Shown: positions 60,288 to 64,000 of the stretch, one piece after another
Layout of the letters: the number at the start of each line of letters is the position of its first letter
Position numbering within the stretch: the first letter of the stretch is position 1
Program-made: the position numbers and the translations under genes
Assembly (NCBI GenBank): GCA_035512635.1
Contig: DATKDR010000096.1
Location: forward strand, 9,452-73,451
Origin: Longimicrobiales bacterium
GTDB taxonomy: Bacteria > Gemmatimonadota > Gemmatimonadetes > Longimicrobiales > RSA9
Length of the DNA: 64,000 nt
Direction of reading: 5' to 3'
Notes under the pieces: generated by a model
The model's input: the letters and a program-made list of their open reading frames with translations, nothing else
Database searches by the model: none
What the model was told of the DNA's origin: nothing

Positions 60288-61651
60288 GCGCGGGTCCTCT
60301 TCCGGCTCCGGGGGGCCGACTCACTGATTCCGGTTTCCGGATTCCGGTTTACGGATGTAGGCGATGAGCCGTCCCCGCTCTCATCCGGAATCCGGGACTC
60401 CGAATCCGGAATCACGCGCCCGGCAAGCCGGTCGTAAGCCCGGAAAATATCCCGGGAGACGACGAGCCTCTGCACCTCGCTCGTGCCCTCACCGATCTCG
60501 CAGATCTTCGCGTCGCGGAACATGCGCTCCACCGGATAATCGGAGGTGTAGCCGTAGCCGCCCATGAGCTGGATGGCGCGCGTGGTCGCGCGCATGGCGA
60601 GCTCGCTGGCGTACAGCTTCGCCATCGCCGCCTCGCGCGTGAACGGTCGCCCGTGCTGCTTCAGCCAGGCCGCGTGATAGACCAGGTGGCGCGCCGCCGC
60701 AATCTCGGTGGCCATGTCGGCGAGCGGGAAGGCGACGCCCTGGAAGTCGCGCAGCGCCCTGCCGAACTGCTCCCGGCCCGACGTGAACGCGAGCGCCTGC
60801 TCGAAGGCGCCCTGCGCGAGGCCCAGCGCCAGGGCGCCCAGTCCGATGCGGCCGGCATCGAGCGTCTTCATGAAATCGATGAAGCCTTCGCCCTCCGCAC
60901 CCAGCCGGTTCTCCTCGGGCACGAACGCGTTGTCCAGGACGAGCTCGCGCGTGTCCGACGCGCGCCAGCCCATCTTGTCCTCCTTCTTCGCGGCCCGCAC
61001 GCCCTGCGTGAACGGCTCCAGCTCGGGTGCATGTCCCACGCCGACACGCTCTGCCTCCGCGCGGTCCGTAGTCTCCTTCGTGACGATGAAGGCGGTGATG
61101 CCCTTCGTGCCCTTCGACCGGTCCGTGGCCGCGGTGACGACGAAGATCTCGCCGACACCCGCGTGCGTGATGAAGATCTTGCTGCCGCTCAGCCGGTAGC
61201 CGCCGTTCTCGCGGACCGCGACGGTCGCCGTGCCGCCGGCGTCCGAGCCGGCGCCCGGCTCGGTGAGGCCGAAGCCGCCGAGCACCCGCCCGGTCGCGAG
61301 CAGTGGCACGTAGCGCCGCTGCTGCTCCTCGGTGCCGAAGGCGAGGATGGGCGAGGTGCCGAGCGTGCTGTGGGCGCTGATCGTGATCGAGTGACTCGCG
61401 TCGACGCGCGCCAGCTCCTCGATGACGAGGATGTAGCTCAAGTAATCGAGCCCCTGGCCGCCCAGCTCGCGCGGAGCGCTCACGCCGAACAGGCCCATGT
61501 CGGCCATGCGGCGCACGTTGTCCCACGGGAAGCGGCTGGACTCGTCGAGCTCGCGCGCGACGGGAGCGATCTCGGCGTCGGCGAATTCCCGCACCCGGCC
61601 GCGCAGCGCCTCGTGCTCGGGCGACAGGTAGACGTCCATTGGATTCTGCAT
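60284..61651 (-). CDS. Acyl-CoA dehydrogenase
   Basis: The start is re-called to ATG 61651 (MQNPMDVYLSPEHEALR). It has the motifs GLTEPGAGSD, ITHAGVGEIF and IGEGTSEVQRLV. The ~55 codons after the usual family C-terminus run through the heptad repeat, down to a TGA that overlaps the rng ATG. Confidence 0.9.
   Translation of the reverse strand: MQNPMDVYLSPEHEALRGRVREFADAEIAPVARELDESSRFPWDNVRRMADMGLFGVSAPRELGGQGLDYLSYILVIEELARVDASHSITISAHSTLGTSPILAFGTEEQQRRYVPLLATGRVLGGFGLTEPGAGSDAGGTATVAVRENGGYRLSGSKIFITHAGVGEIFVVTAATDRSKGTKGITAFIVTKETTDRAEAERVGVGHAPELEPFTQGVRAAKKEDKMGWRASDTRELVLDNAFVPEENRLGAEGEGFIDFMKTLDAGRIGLGALALGLAQGAFEQALAFTSGREQFGRALRDFQGVAFPLADMATEIAAARHLVYHAAWLKQHGRPFTREAAMAKLYASELAMRATTRAIQLMGGYGYTSDYPVERMFRDAKICEIGEGTSEVQRLVVSRDIFRAYDRLAGRVIPDSESRIPDESGDGSSPTSVNRNPETGISESAPRSRKRTRA
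60326..60413. repeat. Inverted heptad arrays (GATTCCG GTTTCCG GATTCCG GTTTACG / TCCGGAA TCCGGGA CTCCGAA TCCGGAA) with a 30-nt loop
   Basis: Read directly. The locus lies between the conserved end of the acyl-CoA dehydrogenase and the rng ATG, and the ACAD reading frame stays open across it. Confidence 0.9.
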
Positions 61652-61701
61652 GCGGACGAAAATGTAGAAAAAGGCTGGCACGCTCGAAAGCCCGGGCCGC
61701 T

Positions 61702-63417
61702 TCAAGCCTTCAGCGCCGCAACACACCGGTCGCAGGAGTCACAGCGAGACGGCGCCTTCTCGCCGAAATAGCGGAGCAGGAAGCGGCGCCGGCAGCCACG
61801 CTCGACGGCATAGCGGGTCATGGCGTTCAGGCGGCCGAGCTCCTTCCGCTTGCGGCCGGGCAGGTTCGCCTCGGCGAGCGGCAGGTGATCGGGCTCGGGC
61901 TCGGCCAGGAGCTGGAGGCCGTGCGAGTCGGCGGGCCAGCGGCGCCACTCCAGGAAGCCCTCCTCCTGGAGGACGTCGAGCAGCGACGCGCCGTCGTCGG
62001 CCGCGGCGGCGGCGACCAGCTCGCGGCCGAGCGGCTGGCCGCGGTACCAGACGTCGGCGTCGGCCTCGTCGAGCAGCCCCCGGAGATAGCTCAGCTCCGG
62101 CTCGCGCCCGGGCGCCTCGAGCTCCCGTTGGATGCGCGCGGGACTCGCGATGAGCCGGCACCAGGCGGGGCCGGTCGGTCGCAGCAGCGGCCGCGCGATC
62201 TCGAGCTGCCTCAGGATCCGGATCGACGCTTCGACGGACGCGGGGCTGCCGCCGGTGACCCGCGCGATCCCGGCCGCCTGGAGCGTGCATACGCGATCCT
62301 GATCGGCCGCGCCGCGGATGATCGTGTATACGGCCTGAACGAACGCGTCCTGCGGGTGAGACTGCTCGATCAGGAACTCGTGTACCGCGCGATCGCGGCT
62401 GCCGTGCAGCAGCAGGCACGCAGCGTGCGCGCCGTCGCGTCCCCCGCGGCCGCCCTCCTGGTAGTAGGCCTCGAGCGAGCCCGGTGTCTCGTAGTGGACG
62501 ACGAGGCGCACGTCGGGCTTGTCGATGCCCATGCCGAACGCCGACGTCGCCACGACCACGCGGACACGGTCGGAGAGGAAACGCTCCTGGATCTCGACGC
62601 GGTCGCGGCCGCGCATGCCGCCGTGGTAGGCGGCGGCCGTCAGTCCCGAGCGATTGAGTCGATCGGCAACGCGCTCGACGGAACGTCGCGTCGACGCGTA
62701 AACGATGCCCGTGCCGCCGCTGCGCTTCAGCTCCCGCAGCGCCGTCACCATGCGCTTCTCCTTGCCGCCGCCGGTGTGCGCGCGAGAGACGCGCCACGAC
62801 AGGTTCGGCCGGTCGAAGCCGCCCGCGATCACCTCCGGCTGCTTCAGCCGGAGCAGGCGCACCACGTCGGTGCGCACCTCGGGCGTCGCCGTCGCCGTGA
62901 GCGCCATCGCCGGGCAGTCGAACGACTCGCGCACGGCGCCCAGCCGCAGGAAGCTCGGTCGGAAATCGTGTCCCCACTGCGATGCGCAGTGCGCCTCGTC
63001 GACGACGAACAGTCCCACGCGCAGCTCCGGCATCCGCTCGCGGAAGCGGCGCGCGTCGAATCGCTCCGGCGCGACGTAGAGCAGGTCCAGCTCGCCCGCG
63101 ACCGCCGCGTCGAGTCGCCGCGCCGACTCCGCCTCGCCGATCGCCGAATTGATGAACGACGCGCGGAAACCCTGCCGGCTCAGCCGGTCGACCTGATCCT
63201 TCATCAGACTGATCAGCGGACTCACGACGAGACCCATGCCCGGCCGCACGAGCGCCGGAATCTGAAAGCAGATGCTCTTCCCGCCCCCGGTCGGCATGAG
63301 CACGAGCACGTCGCGGCCCGCGAGCGCCGCCATGACCGCGCGGGGCTGCACGCCGCGGAAGTCGTCGTAACCGAAATGCCGGCGGAGCGCCGCGCGCGCC
63401 TCGTCGAGAGTAGCCAC
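61702..63417 (-). CDS. recQ: ATP-dependent DNA helicase RecQ
   Basis: It has the motifs [15 protein letters not shown], the DEAH box [16 protein letters not shown], and [15 protein letters not shown], plus a zinc-binding C-terminal cluster ([11 protein letters not shown]...CDSCDRC). Confidence 0.9.
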   Translation of the reverse strand: MATLDEARAALRRHFGYDDFRGVQPRAVMAALAGRDVLVLMPTGGGKSICFQIPALVRPGMGLVVSPLISLMKDQVDRLSRQGFRASFINSAIGEAESARRLDAAVAGELDLLYVAPERFDARRFRERMPELRVGLFVVDEAHCASQWGHDFRPSFLRLGAVRESFDCPAMALTATATPEVRTDVVRLLRLKQPEVIAGGFDRPNLSWRVSRAHTGGGKEKRMVTALRELKRSGGTGIVYASTRRSVERVADRLNRSGLTAAAYHGGMRGRDRVEIQERFLSDRVRVVVATSAFGMGIDKPDVRLVVHYETPGSLEAYYQEGGRGGRDGAHAACLLLHGSRDRAVHEFLIEQSHPQDAFVQAVYTIIRGAADQDRVCTLQAAGIARVTGGSPASVEASIRILRQLEIARPLLRPTGPAWCRLIASPARIQRELEAPGREPELSYLRGLLDEADADVWYRGQPLGRELVAAAAADDGASLLDVLQEEGFLEWRRWPADSHGLQLLAEPEPDHLPLAEANLPGRKRKELGRLNAMTRYAVERGCRRRFLLRYFGEKAPSRCDSCDRCVAALKA

Positions 63418-63494
63418 GCGCGACGATGCCGCGAACGAAGGGGCGATGGAATGGCGGAACGCGCCTCGGTGGCGCGCGGGTCGAGGCGCGTCGA

Positions 63495-63686
63495 CTACGG
63501 CTTCGGTAGGAAGAAGCGCACCACGAACGCGATCGCGAGCGGCACGAACGCGAGCCAGACGAGCAGCGAAATGCCCGTCGCCATGCCCGCGACGGCGAGC
63601 GCGGCGCCGGCGAGGAACAGGAAGATCTTGACGTCCAGGTGCGGGTCGGGGCCGCGCGGCTCGCGGCTGGGTCCGAGGATGCCCAC
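63495..63686 (-). CDS. Small hypothetical membrane protein (63 aa)
   Basis: It has two hydrophobic helices ([37 protein letters not shown]). There is no other support. Confidence 0.35.
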   Translation of the reverse strand: MGILGPSREPRGPDPHLDVKIFLFLAGAALAVAGMATGISLLVWLAFVPLAIAFVVRFFLPKP

Positions 63687-63711
63687 GGGTCAGGCGGCGG
63701 CGCGGGACACG

Positions 63712-64000
63712 TCAGCCCTTCCGCTTCTTCTCGAGGAACGCGCGCACCCCTTCGCGCGTGTCGGGCGTCATGCGTGCAAGCGCGTTGACCTCGGCCCCGC
63801 GCGCGATGGCGTTCTCGAAGGAGAGGCCCTCGCTGCCGTAGAACAGGCGCTTCGAAAGCTCGAGCCCGCTCGGCGAGCGTGTCGCGATGTCGCGCGCGAA
63901 CGCCCGCGCCGCGTCGTCGAAGCCCTCGTTCGGCAGCACGCGATTCACCAGGCCGAGCTCGCGCGCGCGCTGCGCGTCGATCGGCTCGCCCGTGGCGATC
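63712..64000 (-). CDS. Enoyl-CoA hydratase family protein, C-terminal part (partial, runs off the window)
   Basis: My own translation to the window edge gives ...IATGEPIDAQRARELGLVNRVLPNEGFDDAARAFARDIA...EGVRAFLEKKRKG, a typical crotonase C-terminus. The ORF-track Met at 63948 is internal. Confidence 0.75.
   Translation of the reverse strand, partial: IATGEPIDAQRARELGLVNRVLPNEGFDDAARAFARDIATRSPSGLELSKRLFYGSEGLSFENAIARGAEVNALARMTPDTREGVRAFLEKKRKG

Overview
High-GC (roughly 70% by eye) bacterial chromosomal segment. It is almost entirely housekeeping, and about 60 of roughly 72 genes lie on the minus strand. The protein style (low-complexity terminal extensions, B. subtilis-type SdhCAB, an NfeD-FloA operon) would fit a Gemmatimonadota- or Acidobacteriota-like lineage, but taxonomy cannot be settled without a database search. 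Recognisable content, left to right: PD40 lipoprotein; sdhCAB plus mdh; moaD-moaE-moaA; an ECF sigma / anti-sigma / LTXXQ operon; IHF/HU; sppA; carA; rnhA; lipB plus a 2-oxoacid dehydrogenase E1alpha/E1beta/E2; secG-tpiA-pgk-gap; comF, aroE, LMW-PTP, tsaC, ispD, radA, dnaB; a Ser/Thr kinase fused to FGE-like and hydrolase domains; family-4 UDG, coaBC, rpoZ, gmk, yicC; a TonB-receptor-like OMP; pepA; gltA; an M14 peptidase; tRNA-Leu(CAA); an NfeD-FloA operon; a plus-strand TetR-led beta-oxidation-like operon; rplU-rpmA; rng; an acyl-CoA dehydrogenase; recQ. No transposase, integrase, prophage, CRISPR or recognisable defence genes were seen. Many ORF-track entries are antisense shadow ORFs or over-extended N-termini, and I re-called starts by reading the sequence. 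4-nt ATGA/GTGA/TTGA stop-start overlaps are pervasive. The most unusual signal is non-coding. At least 12 intergenic spacers carry tandem arrays with a strict 7-nt period, built from several unrelated heptads (CTAGAGC, TCCGGAA, GTATACG, ATACCGG and others). They are usually arranged as two inverted arms around a short unique loop, and they sometimes run into gene ends or supply the stop codon. There is also a separate array of ~45-nt direct and inverted repeats between rng and rplU. Other items worth a second look are a 61-codon Ku N-terminal fragment coupled to a tiny Cys-rich ORF, a long leader upstream of the moa operon, and an exported protein embedded in the beta-oxidation-like operon. 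All functional calls rest on my recognition of motifs in the translated ORFs. No searches were run.
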